64,000 nucleotides of DNA, from the NCBI GenBank assembly GCA_963663385.2, contig CAXXXD010000002.1:1024001-1088000 (forward strand). The letters run 5' to 3'. The notes beneath the pieces are model-generated. The model made no database searches, was not told the origin of the DNA, and was given only the letters and a program-made list of their open reading frames with translations. Position numbers and translations under genes: made by a program. Within the stretch, counting starts at the first letter, position 1. The number at the start of each line of letters is the position of its first letter. Positions 18,786 to 28,480 of the stretch are shown in pieces. Origin of the DNA: Oceanispirochaeta sp. Its GTDB lineage: Bacteria; Spirochaetota; Spirochaetia; DSM-2461.

Positions 18786-19667
18786 TTACAGCAGTTTCTC
18801 TCGTTCTTTTTCTGCCGCCAGGTGCATCTTTTCCAGCTCTTCCATCACCTGGTCCACAACATACTGTTTGGGATCGGTTCCTTCCGGAGCATGATTGATT
18901 TTATCCTGGCGGAATTCCTTTCCTGATATGGGTTCAGATACGGTAAAACGGATAATATCCTGATTTACCGTGTCTTTTTCCATATCATCTTCCTGGCAGG
19001 GAATCAGGAGATTCCCGTTAATGCTGATAAACTCGATGTAATCAAAGGCTTTGAGATAGGTGTAGATTTCTCTTACCCCTTTCTTTGAATCCGGAACCCA
19101 GGGCCTGTACCTCGTTCCGGCGGGGAAAACAATAATAATATGGCCGTTATATTTTCTGCGGGTCAGTTCCCTCATGGCAGCATGGTTGATGGGATTGCTG
19201 ATCTTCTTGATCTCCGCCTGTTTCACCGGATCTTTTTCCGCATCTATGGAACGGCTGGGATAGATAACAATTGTTGTATAGGAATTGGAAAAAGCCGCTG
19301 TCAGATCGCTCCCTTCGGAGAGCTTCATTCCCTGAATGGGGATCAGGCAGTCTGCCACGTCCGGTCCCAGGTCAGGGTGTTTTTCTATAAGTCTGTAAAG
19401 AGCCGGGTAGTCGAAATTGCTGTAGTGTTCAATCAGTAGAAGGCAGGATTTTCCCGATTTGGCATAATCATAAAGCTTTTTGAGGTTTTCAGGGTTTACA
19501 ATGCTGCTGCCGGGTTTCATTATTTTTTCAAGTAATCCGCCGATAATCTCCCTGTTGGCTGCAACGCCTTCCAGGTATATATTGTCAGGTCTGGCTTTGT
19601 AATCACCGGTCAGATTTTTTTTCATTTCAGCCGCCATGGGCATAAACTGGTCTATTGATATATCCAT
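18786..19667 (-). CDS. Glycerol-3-phosphate/lysophospholipid acyltransferase (PlsC-like)
   Basis: HxxxxD motif EHYSNFD and FPAGTR. Confidence 0.8.
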   Translation of the reverse strand: MDISIDQFMPMAAEMKKNLTGDYKARPDNIYLEGVAANREIIGGLLEKIMKPGSSIVNPENLKKLYDYAKSGKSCLLLIEHYSNFDYPALYRLIEKHPDLGPDVADCLIPIQGMKLSEGSDLTAAFSNSYTTIVIYPSRSIDAEKDPVKQAEIKKISNPINHAAMRELTRRKYNGHIIIVFPAGTRYRPWVPDSKKGVREIYTYLKAFDYIEFISINGNLLIPCQEDDMEKDTVNQDIIRFTVSEPISGKEFRQDKINHAPEGTDPKQYVVDQVMEELEKMHLAAEKEREKLL

Positions 19668-19755
19668 AAGTTAAATAATGCCCCTATTGAAGGGATTTTA
19701 CAAGCCATCGCATATAATAAATATATGTTGTACCTTAGGGACAGGAGTCGTACGA

Positions 19756-21381
19756 ATGAGTCTGAATCGTTGGTTTTTTCTAGGAATCTTTTTGATCGTT
19801 TTTGCACATGTTTCGGCCCGCGGACAGAAGGATCAGTCCGAGGAAGCACAGTTTTATGAGTTCCGCATTGCTCATCCCGGCCGGGAGGATGAAAATCAGC
19901 CTCCTGTTCCGGATCCCCATTTCATTGTGGAACCGGCCGATCTCCGTCTCTGGGAAGCCCTTACTGAGGGGCTGGTTGTCAGAGATCCTCTTACAGGCGA
20001 TGGAATCCCCGGTCTGGCCGAGAGCTGGGATATCAGTTCTGATGGAAGGGTCTATACATTTCATTTGCGGGACAGTTCCTGGCAGGACGGTACCCCTGTC
20101 AGTGCAAATCAGGCTGCCCTGTCCTGGAAACGACTCCTGGACCCCGAACTTGATTCTCCCCATGCCTGGTATCTGGCCATGTTTGTCGAAGGAGCCTCCG
20201 AATACAGGGAACAGAAAATACCCTGGAAAGAAGTAGGTATAAAGGCTCTTGATGACAAAACCCTGAGAGTGGAGCTTTCCGGACCGTACCCGTTCTTTAT
20301 TAATGCCATGGCCCATCAGAGTTTTGCAGTTCTGCCTATGCATCTTCTGGAAATTGACGGGGATTGGGCCGTCCCCGATAGAATTGTCGGCAACGGGGCA
20401 TATTCGGTTCAGCTTCCTGTCAGCAGGTATCAAATCGTTCTTCAAAAAAGGACTGATTTTCATAGAGCCGGTCCGGATATGCCCGACAGAATTGTCCTGA
20501 AAGAGTTCAGTCGTTCAGATGAGGTTATCGAAGCGTACCGGAAAGGAGAACTGGATTGGGTTCCTGCAGATCAGTTCCCCCTGGCTGATCTGGATAATCT
20601 GAAATATGAAAAAGGCTTTATGACTTCCGCCCTGCAGGCATCCTATTTCCATATATTTAATACGGTCATGACTCCATTAAATGACAGACGCATCCGGCAG
20701 GCTATGAACCTCGCCATTGACCGGGAGGTTCTGACTGATACCATTTTGAGAGGGTGCCAGATCCCTGCATATTCACCCGTACCGGAAATGAACGGTTTTT
20801 CTCCTTTGCAGCCTGAAGAAACCCTGCAGGATCTGCGGCGTCGGAAAGCGGTGGAACTGCTGAACCTTGCGGGATTTCCGGAAGGGAAGGGGATACCGGC
20901 GCTCAACATGATCTACCTGGAATCCGAAGGGCACCGCGCGGTTGCGGAATTTTTAAGGGATCAGTGGCGGGATGTACTGGGTATAACTGTTACGTTAAGC
21001 GGACGGGACAGCCTTTCCTACTACAACGATCGTAAAAACGGTTCCTTTGCCATTAGCCTGGGAGGATGGCAGGGAGCCTATCCGGATCCTATGGCTTTCC
21101 TCTGTCTTTTTCTGACAGGAGAACCGGTTTTCGGCAGAACCTATTCCAATCCCGAATACGACAAACTTCTGGTGGAAGCCGCTCTTGAAGGGGATCGGGA
21201 GAAACGCTTTGACATTCTTAGAAAAGCCGAAGTGCTGCTTTGTCTGGAAGATGCGGCACTGCTGCCTCTTTTTTACTACAGGGCGCCTCAACTGATTGAT
21301 TTGAAGAAGTGGGGAGGCTTCGCTCCCAACCCTCTGGATTCTCATCCCCTCTGGAATCTGACGAGGAGGGAAGGTTTCTGA
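19756..21381 (+). CDS. Oligopeptide ABC substrate-binding protein (OppA paralogue)
   Basis: EGLV...PGLAESWDISSDGRVYTFHLR, RQAMNLAIDRE, GWQGAYPDP. Start at ATG 19756 after AGGAG. Confidence 0.88.
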   Translation: MSLNRWFFLGIFLIVFAHVSARGQKDQSEEAQFYEFRIAHPGREDENQPPVPDPHFIVEPADLRLWEALTEGLVVRDPLTGDGIPGLAESWDISSDGRVYTFHLRDSSWQDGTPVSANQAALSWKRLLDPELDSPHAWYLAMFVEGASEYREQKIPWKEVGIKALDDKTLRVELSGPYPFFINAMAHQSFAVLPMHLLEIDGDWAVPDRIVGNGAYSVQLPVSRYQIVLQKRTDFHRAGPDMPDRIVLKEFSRSDEVIEAYRKGELDWVPADQFPLADLDNLKYEKGFMTSALQASYFHIFNTVMTPLNDRRIRQAMNLAIDREVLTDTILRGCQIPAYSPVPEMNGFSPLQPEETLQDLRRRKAVELLNLAGFPEGKGIPALNMIYLESEGHRAVAEFLRDQWRDVLGITVTLSGRDSLSYYNDRKNGSFAISLGGWQGAYPDPMAFLCLFLTGEPVFGRTYSNPEYDKLLVEAALEGDREKRFDILRKAEVLLCLEDAALLPLFYYRAPQLIDLKKWGGFAPNPLDSHPLWNLTRREGF

Positions 21382-21707
21382 TTGAGGAAATTGTATGCAT
21401 CAAGCGGGAGAATAGCCCTGTATTATAGTAAATTTAATATGTTTTCTATAAAATGAACCGCAAATCAGCAAACGTTTATTTACGGGAATATTTTTTGTAT
21501 TTTTATCGGTCGCTGCAGGGGATGTCGAACTCTATTCCACTTAGAATTCCAAAAGGGGAAAATTATGCATTCTGTATGCACGCAGTGTGCATTCCTGTCC
21601 TGAAGCCGGCTGGCTTGCGGCATTGTTCAAATCACATCTTTACATTGACTTATCATCAAAATGTTGGTTAAATAATATTTTACTCTACTAGAGTTATGCC
21701 CATTTAT

Positions 21708-21736
21708 TGGACACTGGCTCTTTCCCGGAGTATAAT
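21708..21736 (+). promoter_or_regulatory. sigma70 promoter of oppA
   Basis: TGGACA-17-TATAAT; SD TAAGGAG before GTG 21768. Confidence 0.65.
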
Positions 21737-21767
21737 TTTCTACAAATTCTTATAAGGAGTATTTTAC

Positions 21768-23414
21768 GTGAAAAAAGTAGTTTTGTTTACTTTGGTTTTC
21801 GCACTGCTCGCCCCTCTTGCCGTTTTTGCCGGCGGTCAGCAGGAAGCAGACAGCGCCAGTGTTGAAACCTCCAAGGCTCCCGTTGTTATGAACTGGAACC
21901 TGGCATCTGATCCTAAAACAATTGATCCCGGTCTGAATGGAGCCTCGGATGGAGGTGATATTATCAGTAATACGTTCGAAGGGCTTGTCCGTGAAAGAAG
22001 CGGTGAAGTTATTCCAGGTATTGCTAAATCCTGGGATATTTCTGAAGATGGAAAGACTATCACTTTTCACTTAAGAGAATCTAAATGGTCAGACGGATCC
22101 CCTCTGACTGCTCACGATTTCGTATATGGCTGGAAAAGAGCAATTGATCCTGCCACAGCTTCCGAATATGGCTGGATATGGCATTATACTAACGTTGTCA
22201 ATGCCGAAGCTGCCAATAACGGTGAAGTTTCACTGGATGAAGTTGGCATCAGAGCAATTGATGACCTGACTTTTGAAGTTTCTCTTTCTGCTCCTACAGA
22301 ATACTTTGTTTCTCTTTCTTCTTTCTATCATTTCAGACCTATCAAGAAGTCTGTTGCTGAAGATCCCGCAGGTGCTGAAGGCGCATGGGCCAAAAATCCC
22401 AAGCTGGCTGTTTCCAATGGTCCCTATAAACTGACTTCCTACACTATCGGTGACGGTCTGACTCTTGAGAAGAATGAATACTTCTGGAATGCCGATAAAG
22501 TCGGATTAGATATTATTAACGTAAAATTTATTGATGCTGCGTCTACAGGTTACAATGCCTATAAAGCAGGTGAGTTTGATTTCCTTCATCAGAATTCCAT
22601 TCCTCCCGCAGAGGTTCCTGCTCTGATCGCCGAGAATCCCGAATTCTACGTTTATCCCCTGTTGGGAACCTACTACTATAATTTCAATATGGATCTTGAA
22701 ATGTGGCAGGATGTCAGAGTCAGAAAAGCTCTGGCCTATGCTATCGACAGAGAGAAAATTGTTGAAACCAAAGCCAGTGGAGAAGTTCCTGCTGCCGGAT
22801 TCATTCCTCCCGGATTCCCCGATGCAGATGGCAAGGACTTTTTCGAAACTGCAGGTACCTATGGTGTATCAACCGATAGTGGTTCTGTAAAAGAAGCGCA
22901 GAGACTTCTTGCAGAAGCCGGTTATCCCGGAGGTAAGGGATTCCCCACATTTACTCTTATGTACAATACGGCAGAAAGCCATCAGCTGGTTGCGGAAATG
23001 GTGCAGGAAATGTGGAAAACCAACCTGGGTATCGAATGTACTCTTGAAAATCAGGAATGGGCTGTATTTCAGGACACCAGAAAACAGGGCGATTATGAAG
23101 TGGCTCGCGGTGGCTGGCTGACAGACTTCCTGGATCCAATGGGTCTTCTGGCTATTTTCGAAGAAGGCAATGACTACAACGATCCCAACTACAATAATCC
23201 TGCCTATAATGCAGCAATGGCAGAAGCTTCTTCCTCTTACGGAAAAAAGCATTTTGACGCTCTGTACAAAGCTCAGGATATTCTGATGAACGATATGCCT
23301 ATCGTTCCTGTGTACCATTACACAGACTTTTTCCTTTCCAGTCCCAAACTGAAGGGCTGGGACAGAAGCATGCTTGGTCAGATGGACTTCAGCACTGCTT
23401 ACATTCAGGAATAA
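21768..23414 (+). CDS. oppA: Oligopeptide ABC substrate-binding protein
   Basis: Signal peptide ending VFA-GGQQE, DPKTIDP, FEGL, NGPYKL, RKALAYAIDRE; codon usage typical of high expression. Confidence 0.93.
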   Translation: MKKVVLFTLVFALLAPLAVFAGGQQEADSASVETSKAPVVMNWNLASDPKTIDPGLNGASDGGDIISNTFEGLVRERSGEVIPGIAKSWDISEDGKTITFHLRESKWSDGSPLTAHDFVYGWKRAIDPATASEYGWIWHYTNVVNAEAANNGEVSLDEVGIRAIDDLTFEVSLSAPTEYFVSLSSFYHFRPIKKSVAEDPAGAEGAWAKNPKLAVSNGPYKLTSYTIGDGLTLEKNEYFWNADKVGLDIINVKFIDAASTGYNAYKAGEFDFLHQNSIPPAEVPALIAENPEFYVYPLLGTYYYNFNMDLEMWQDVRVRKALAYAIDREKIVETKASGEVPAAGFIPPGFPDADGKDFFETAGTYGVSTDSGSVKEAQRLLAEAGYPGGKGFPTFTLMYNTAESHQLVAEMVQEMWKTNLGIECTLENQEWAVFQDTRKQGDYEVARGGWLTDFLDPMGLLAIFEEGNDYNDPNYNNPAYNAAMAEASSSYGKKHFDALYKAQDILMNDMPIVPVYHYTDFFLSSPKLKGWDRSMLGQMDFSTAYIQE

Positions 23415-23435
23415 AAAACTAAAAATGTAATTCAT

Positions 23436-23465
23436 GGGGCTGTTCAACTGGGACAGCCCCTTTTT
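23436..23465 (+). terminator. Intra-operon terminator/attenuator after oppA
   Basis: GGGGCTGTTC-AACTG-GGACAGCCCC-TTTTT. Confidence 0.75.
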
Positions 23466-23478
23466 AAGGAGTCAATGT

Positions 23479-24408
23479 ATGAGACATTATATCGTACGGC
23501 GCCTGATTTATTCTGTGTTGACAATCATTATGATTGCAACAGTGACTTTCTTTATGATGCACTCCATTCCCGGAGGACCTTTTACAAGAGAGCGGCCGGT
23601 ACCCCCGGAAATCATGCGTGTACTGAATGAGAAGTACCATCTGGATGATCCGCTTTGGAAGCAGTACGTGGATTATATGAAAGGCCTGTTTTCCTTTGAT
23701 CTGGGACCCTCTTTTTCAAAAATAGGGACATCGGTTAATGACCTGATTATTTCCGGGTTCCCCTTGACGGCTCGTGTCGGCGGGTTGGCCGTTATTCTGA
23801 TTATTCTTCTGGGAGTTCCGGTTGGAATCATATCTGCTTTAAAACAGAATCAGCCAATCGACTACTTTGTGATGTTTATGGCAACCCTGGGGGTCACGAT
23901 TCCCAGTTTTGTTATTGCCACTCTCATTATTTTCGTTTTTTCCGGTAAACTGGGGTGGATTCCGCCATTCGGTTTAAGTACACCTGCCAGTTATATCGGT
24001 CCGGTAGTTGCTCTTTCCGGTTATTCCCTCTCCTTTGTGGCCAGATTGACCCGTTCCAGCATGCTGGAAGTCCTTCGGCAGGATTATGTCCGGACAGCCA
24101 GGGCGAATGGTCTTCGTGAGTATTCGGTTATCGGTAAGCATGCCGTGAAAAATGCTTTAATTCCCGTTGTCACCTATATCGGTCCGACAGTCGCTGCTCT
24201 TATGACCGGATCTTTTGTAGTAGAAAGGATTTTTGCAATTCCCGGTATCGGACGCTATTTTGTAGAAAGCGTTTCAAATAGAGATTATACAACTATTATG
24301 GGGGTAACAGTCCTCTATGCTGCGTTCTATGTTTTAATGGTCTTTATCGTAGATCTGCTCTATGCCGTAATAGATCCGCGGATACGTTTTGAGAAGGAGA
24401 CGGGTTGA
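23479..24408 (+). CDS. oppB: Oligopeptide ABC permease
   Basis: PGGPF, DLGPS, QDYVRTARANGL, DPRIR; start after AAGGAG. Confidence 0.93.
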   Translation: MRHYIVRRLIYSVLTIIMIATVTFFMMHSIPGGPFTRERPVPPEIMRVLNEKYHLDDPLWKQYVDYMKGLFSFDLGPSFSKIGTSVNDLIISGFPLTARVGGLAVILIILLGVPVGIISALKQNQPIDYFVMFMATLGVTIPSFVIATLIIFVFSGKLGWIPPFGLSTPASYIGPVVALSGYSLSFVARLTRSSMLEVLRQDYVRTARANGLREYSVIGKHAVKNALIPVVTYIGPTVAALMTGSFVVERIFAIPGIGRYFVESVSNRDYTTIMGVTVLYAAFYVLMVFIVDLLYAVIDPRIRFEKETG

Positions 24409-24411
24409 TTT

Positions 24412-25599
24412 ATGGAAGCAACAGATTTTCAATTTATTGATAAAACAGTAAAAGAAATCCCTGAGCAAATGCGTCCCAGTTTAACGTACTGGCAGGATGC
24501 ATGGCGGCGATTAAAAAAACATAGAATGGCCATGGTCGGCCTTGTCGGAGTTATTTGTATACTCTGTTTTGCTATTTTCGGCCCAATGATGGTAAGTAAA
24601 ACCTACTCAGATCAGAATCTGGACTATTCCAATCTTCCTCCCCGGATGGAAATCTATCAGCTGGATGAAGATTATTTTGTATTCTTAACAAATGATTATA
24701 AGCTCCTGAGAGTATCTGGTTCAGGCGAGATTCTCACTAGGCTGGAGCGGGTTAAAACAGATCCAATTAAAAAACTTTATACTTATCAGGATGAAGACCT
24801 GAAGGTTGTTCTGGATTTTTCCTACAACCTTCTACCGGATAAAATGAATAGCCCCTTTGATTATTCCTTTCTCTACAAAGGAGAGGAAATCACTGAAACA
24901 TATAAAATGGTTTTTAACAGAACCTATCCGTTTGGAAGCGATATCCTGGGACGGGATTTACTGGTTAGAGTTATGTACGGTGCCAGAATCTCCCTGACGA
25001 TTGCAATTGTTGCAACTCTTGTAAATTTGCTGATAGGTGTTTTTTATGGAAGCCTGGCAGGTTATGAAGGGGGGCGGACGGATATGCTTATGATGCGTTT
25101 TGTTGATATCCTGAACTCCATACCTCTGGTCCTCTATGTAATTCTTATTATGGTGATTGTCGGGAATCGCGGTTTATGGACTATGACTATCGCCCTGGGC
25201 AGTGTCTACTGGGTGCAGATGGCCCGTCTTGTCCGCGGACAGATGCTCAGCCTGAAAAATCAGGAGTTTGTACTGGCGGCTCAGGCATTAGGCGTTTCAC
25301 GTAACCAGATCATTACCCGTCATCTGATTCCCAACGCTATGGGTCCCATTATTGTATCCATGACGATGCTGATCCCCTCCGCTATCTTTACTGAAGCCTT
25401 TATAGGTTTTATCGGACTGGGTGTTTCGGCTCCTATGGCATCATGGGGAACCCTGGCCAATGATGCCCTGGCTGGTTTGCTCTCCTATCCCTATCAGCTT
25501 TTCTTTCCGGCAATGGCAATTGCCGTTACCATGCTCTCCTTTAACTTCCTGGGAGACGGACTGCGGGATGCGCTGGATCCCAGATTGAGGAAAGGATAA
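24412..25599 (+). CDS. oppC: Oligopeptide ABC permease
   Basis: WQDAWRRLKK, FGSDILGRD, GARISL, GDGLRDALDPR. Confidence 0.93.
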   Translation: MEATDFQFIDKTVKEIPEQMRPSLTYWQDAWRRLKKHRMAMVGLVGVICILCFAIFGPMMVSKTYSDQNLDYSNLPPRMEIYQLDEDYFVFLTNDYKLLRVSGSGEILTRLERVKTDPIKKLYTYQDEDLKVVLDFSYNLLPDKMNSPFDYSFLYKGEEITETYKMVFNRTYPFGSDILGRDLLVRVMYGARISLTIAIVATLVNLLIGVFYGSLAGYEGGRTDMLMMRFVDILNSIPLVLYVILIMVIVGNRGLWTMTIALGSVYWVQMARLVRGQMLSLKNQEFVLAAQALGVSRNQIITRHLIPNAMGPIIVSMTMLIPSAIFTEAFIGFIGLGVSAPMASWGTLANDALAGLLSYPYQLFFPAMAIAVTMLSFNFLGDGLRDALDPRLRKG

Positions 25600-25603
25600 T
25601 TTT

Positions 25604-26626
25604 ATGAGCGATGAAATACTGTTAGAACTTAAAGATGTGAGAACATCTTTCTATACTCACCACGGCGAAGTTCAGGCCGTAAGAGGTTCCTCTTTTAAAC
25701 TGCGCAAGGGCGATGTGCTCGGTATTGTCGGGGAGTCGGGTTCCGGAAAAAGCGTTACTTCCCTTTCCATTATGGGTTTGATTGAAGAGCCCGGAAAAAT
25801 CAAGAGCGGCGAGATTATATTCGATGGCAAGAATCTGGCGAAAATGAGTCAGAAAGAGCTGTCTGACATGAGGGGTAATGAAATCGCCATGATCTTTCAG
25901 GACCCCATGACTTCTCTTAATCCGGTTTATACAATCCGGAATCAGATGATTGAAGTCATCCGGCGGCATCAGAAGGTTTCTGTCAGGGAAGCCCATAATC
26001 AGGCGGTCGAAATGCTTCGTCTGGTCGGTATTCCAGAGCCGGAAAAACGAATCTACAATTATCCCCATGAATTCTCCGGTGGTATGAGGCAGAGGGTAAT
26101 GATTGCAACGGCTCTCTCCTGCAACCCCCGGCTGCTGATTGCGGATGAACCCACAACAGCTCTGGACGTTACCATTCAGGCTCAGATTCTGGAACTGATG
26201 AACGATCTGAAAGAGAAGATCGATGCTTCAATCATACTTATTACTCATGACCTTGGGGTTATTGCAGAGGTATGCGACCACATCGTTGTTATGTATGGCG
26301 GTACGATTATGGAAAAGGGAACAGAACGGGATATCTTCTACAATCCTCAGAACCCCTACACCGTAGGTCTGCATAAATCTGTTCCAAAAATAACAGAAGG
26401 GGATGAGGAACGTCTTGTTCCAATCGAAGGAACTCCTCCTGATCTGATGCACCCCCCCGAAGGCTGTGCTTTTTCTCCCAGATGCCCCCATACCATGGAA
26501 ATCTGCCTGAAAAAACAGCCCCCTACCTTTAAGCTCAGTGAAACCCACAGTTCGGCCTGCTGGCTGCTTCACAAGGATGCTCCACAGGTCGAAAAATATG
26601 AAAAGGCAGGTGACGAAGTTGAGTAA
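25604..26626 (+). CDS. oppD: Oligopeptide ABC ATP-binding protein
   Basis: [31 protein letters not shown]-terminal Cys cluster. Confidence 0.93.
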   Translation: MSDEILLELKDVRTSFYTHHGEVQAVRGSSFKLRKGDVLGIVGESGSGKSVTSLSIMGLIEEPGKIKSGEIIFDGKNLAKMSQKELSDMRGNEIAMIFQDPMTSLNPVYTIRNQMIEVIRRHQKVSVREAHNQAVEMLRLVGIPEPEKRIYNYPHEFSGGMRQRVMIATALSCNPRLLIADEPTTALDVTIQAQILELMNDLKEKIDASIILITHDLGVIAEVCDHIVVMYGGTIMEKGTERDIFYNPQNPYTVGLHKSVPKITEGDEERLVPIEGTPPDLMHPPEGCAFSPRCPHTMEICLKKQPPTFKLSETHSSACWLLHKDAPQVEKYEKAGDEVE

Positions 26627-27608
26627 TCAGGAACCTTTGCTGGAAATTAGGAATCTTAAGAAATACTTTTCCATCAACAGCGGTTTTTTAAGACCCAAAA
26701 AGCAGTATCTCAAGGCTGTGGATGATGTGTCCTTTCAGATCAGGCGGGGAGAGACTTTTGGTCTTGTGGGCGAGTCCGGCTGCGGCAAGTCAACAACAGG
26801 ACGAACCATCCTTGGTCTTTACAGGGCCACAGGCGGACAGGTTCTGTTTGATGGAACGGATCTGGCTCTAATCCCCGAAAAAGAGATGAAACCCTTCAGG
26901 AAACGGATTCAGATGATTTTTCAGGATCCCTACGCTTCCTTAAATGCCAGGATGACCGTAACCGATATTATCGGAGAAGGAATTACCACTCATCATATTG
27001 CTGACGGAGCGGAGCGGCAGGAAAGGATTTACAATCTCCTTCATCAGGTCGGGCTTAAGCGGGAGCATGCCAACCGCTATCCTCATGAGTTTTCGGGCGG
27101 TCAGAGGCAGAGAGTCGGTATTGCCCGTGCTCTGGCTGTAGAACCGGATCTGGTCGTTTGTGACGAACCTATATCGGCTCTGGATGTTTCCATTCAGGCC
27201 CAGGTAGTCAATATGATGCAGGATCTGCAGAAAGAAATGGGGCTGACCTATCTTTTTATTGCCCACGATCTTTCCATGGTGAAGTATATTTCAGATAGAA
27301 TCGGAGTTATGTACCTGGGGCAGATGATGGAGATTACTTCCAGTATCGAGATGTATAAAAATCCTCTTCATCCCTATACAAAGGCTCTTCTGTCGGCGAT
27401 CCCTGTACCGGATCCGGATGTTACACGAAGTAATAAAAGGGTTGTGCTTCAGGGCAGCGTTACAAGTCCGATCGACCCGCCCGAGGGGTGCCGGTTTGCT
27501 TCCCGGTGTCCCGAGTGCAGGGCCATCTGTAAAGAGATAACACCTTCTCTTGAAGAAGTAGGACCGGATCACTTTGCAGCCTGCCATGTTGTGCAGGGCA
27601 AAGCATAA
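26619..27608 (+). CDS. oppF: Oligopeptide ABC ATP-binding protein
   Basis: [29 protein letters not shown]; probable TTG start at 26619. Confidence 0.93.
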   Translation: MSNQEPLLEIRNLKKYFSINSGFLRPKKQYLKAVDDVSFQIRRGETFGLVGESGCGKSTTGRTILGLYRATGGQVLFDGTDLALIPEKEMKPFRKRIQMIFQDPYASLNARMTVTDIIGEGITTHHIADGAERQERIYNLLHQVGLKREHANRYPHEFSGGQRQRVGIARALAVEPDLVVCDEPISALDVSIQAQVVNMMQDLQKEMGLTYLFIAHDLSMVKYISDRIGVMYLGQMMEITSSIEMYKNPLHPYTKALLSAIPVPDPDVTRSNKRVVLQGSVTSPIDPPEGCRFASRCPECRAICKEITPSLEEVGPDHFAACHVVQGKA

Positions 27609-27611
27609 AGC

Positions 27612-27690
27612 GGACCCCCTCCCAGTCTCCCCAAAAGGGAGATGCGACTTGCATGTTGCACCCCTCCTTCGGAGGGGATGGGGGAGGTCT
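27612..27690. repeat. BoxC-like palindromic repeat, type 1
   Basis: GACCCCCTCCCAGTCTCCCCAAAAGGGAGA...CCCCTCCTTCGGAGGGGATGGGGGAGGTC. Confidence 0.8.
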
Positions 27691-27733
27691 GTTTAACCCT
27701 TCAACTTTTTCATATAACCGTGGATAATAGGGC

Positions 27734-28480
27734 ATGACAGACGAAGCTTCCCGTTTTCATATTATCTCTGTGGAGGATGATCCTTCAGTCGCCAAGGGAC
27801 TGATCCTGTCCATGGAATCAGCCGGGTACAGGGTCAGCCACTTTCTGAATGGTGAATCCTTTCTCAGGCAGATTGAGGATATGGATCCCTCGCTGCTGAT
27901 ACTTGATGTCCGCCTTCCGGGGAAAGACGGTTTTCTTATATGCCGGGAAGTCCGGCAGAGAGGATATAAATTCCCTATCCTGATGCTTACGGCCAGGGAT
28001 GATGAAACGGATAAAATTGCAGGATTGGAAGGCGGTGCGGATGATTATATGGTAAAACCCTTCAGCCTTAAAGAGCTGCAGTCCCGCATAAAAGCCATGC
28101 TGCGCCGTTCCTACGGGCAGCTCTCGGAAAATCCTGACTCATCCGGGAAAAAGTATGTCTTCGGTGATTTTCAGCTGAGTCAGGACCATATGAAACTGAT
28201 AAGAAACGGCGAGGAGACTGATTTGACCCCAATGGAGTTCCGTCTGCTTCTTTTCTTTTTAAAAAACAGAAATGGTGTATTCACAAGGCGGGAAATCCTT
28301 AATCGGGTATGGTCCGCCGATCATGATTATCATGGAGACGAAAGAACTGTGGATGTCCACATCAGGCACCTGAGGAAGAAAATCGAAACGAATCCCTCCG
28401 AACCAGTCTTTTTAAAGACCTTAAGAGGGGAGGGCTACAGATTTGAATTGAGAAAGGATGGGAATGGCAGCTTTTCTTGA
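27734..28480 (+). CDS. OmpR/PhoB family response regulator
   Basis: VEDD, LDVRLP, LTA, GADDYMVKPF, RTVDVHIRHLRKK, RGEGY. Confidence 0.93.
   Translation: MTDEASRFHIISVEDDPSVAKGLILSMESAGYRVSHFLNGESFLRQIEDMDPSLLILDVRLPGKDGFLICREVRQRGYKFPILMLTARDDETDKIAGLEGGADDYMVKPFSLKELQSRIKAMLRRSYGQLSENPDSSGKKYVFGDFQLSQDHMKLIRNGEETDLTPMEFRLLLFFLKNRNGVFTRREILNRVWSADHDYHGDERTVDVHIRHLRKKIETNPSEPVFLKTLRGEGYRFELRKDGNGSFS

Noticed and set aside
21382..21767. Riboswitch or small ORF (21453-21671) in the long intergenic region before oppA
   Set aside because: No recognisable aptamer. The best promoter lies only about 30 nt before the start codon, and the ORF lacks an SD and homology cues.
19756..27608. Possible oppF-associated TnpB/TldR RNA-guided repressor
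   Set aside because: oppF is followed by a BoxC-like repeat and a response regulator. No TnpB/Cas12-like ORF was seen anywhere in the window.
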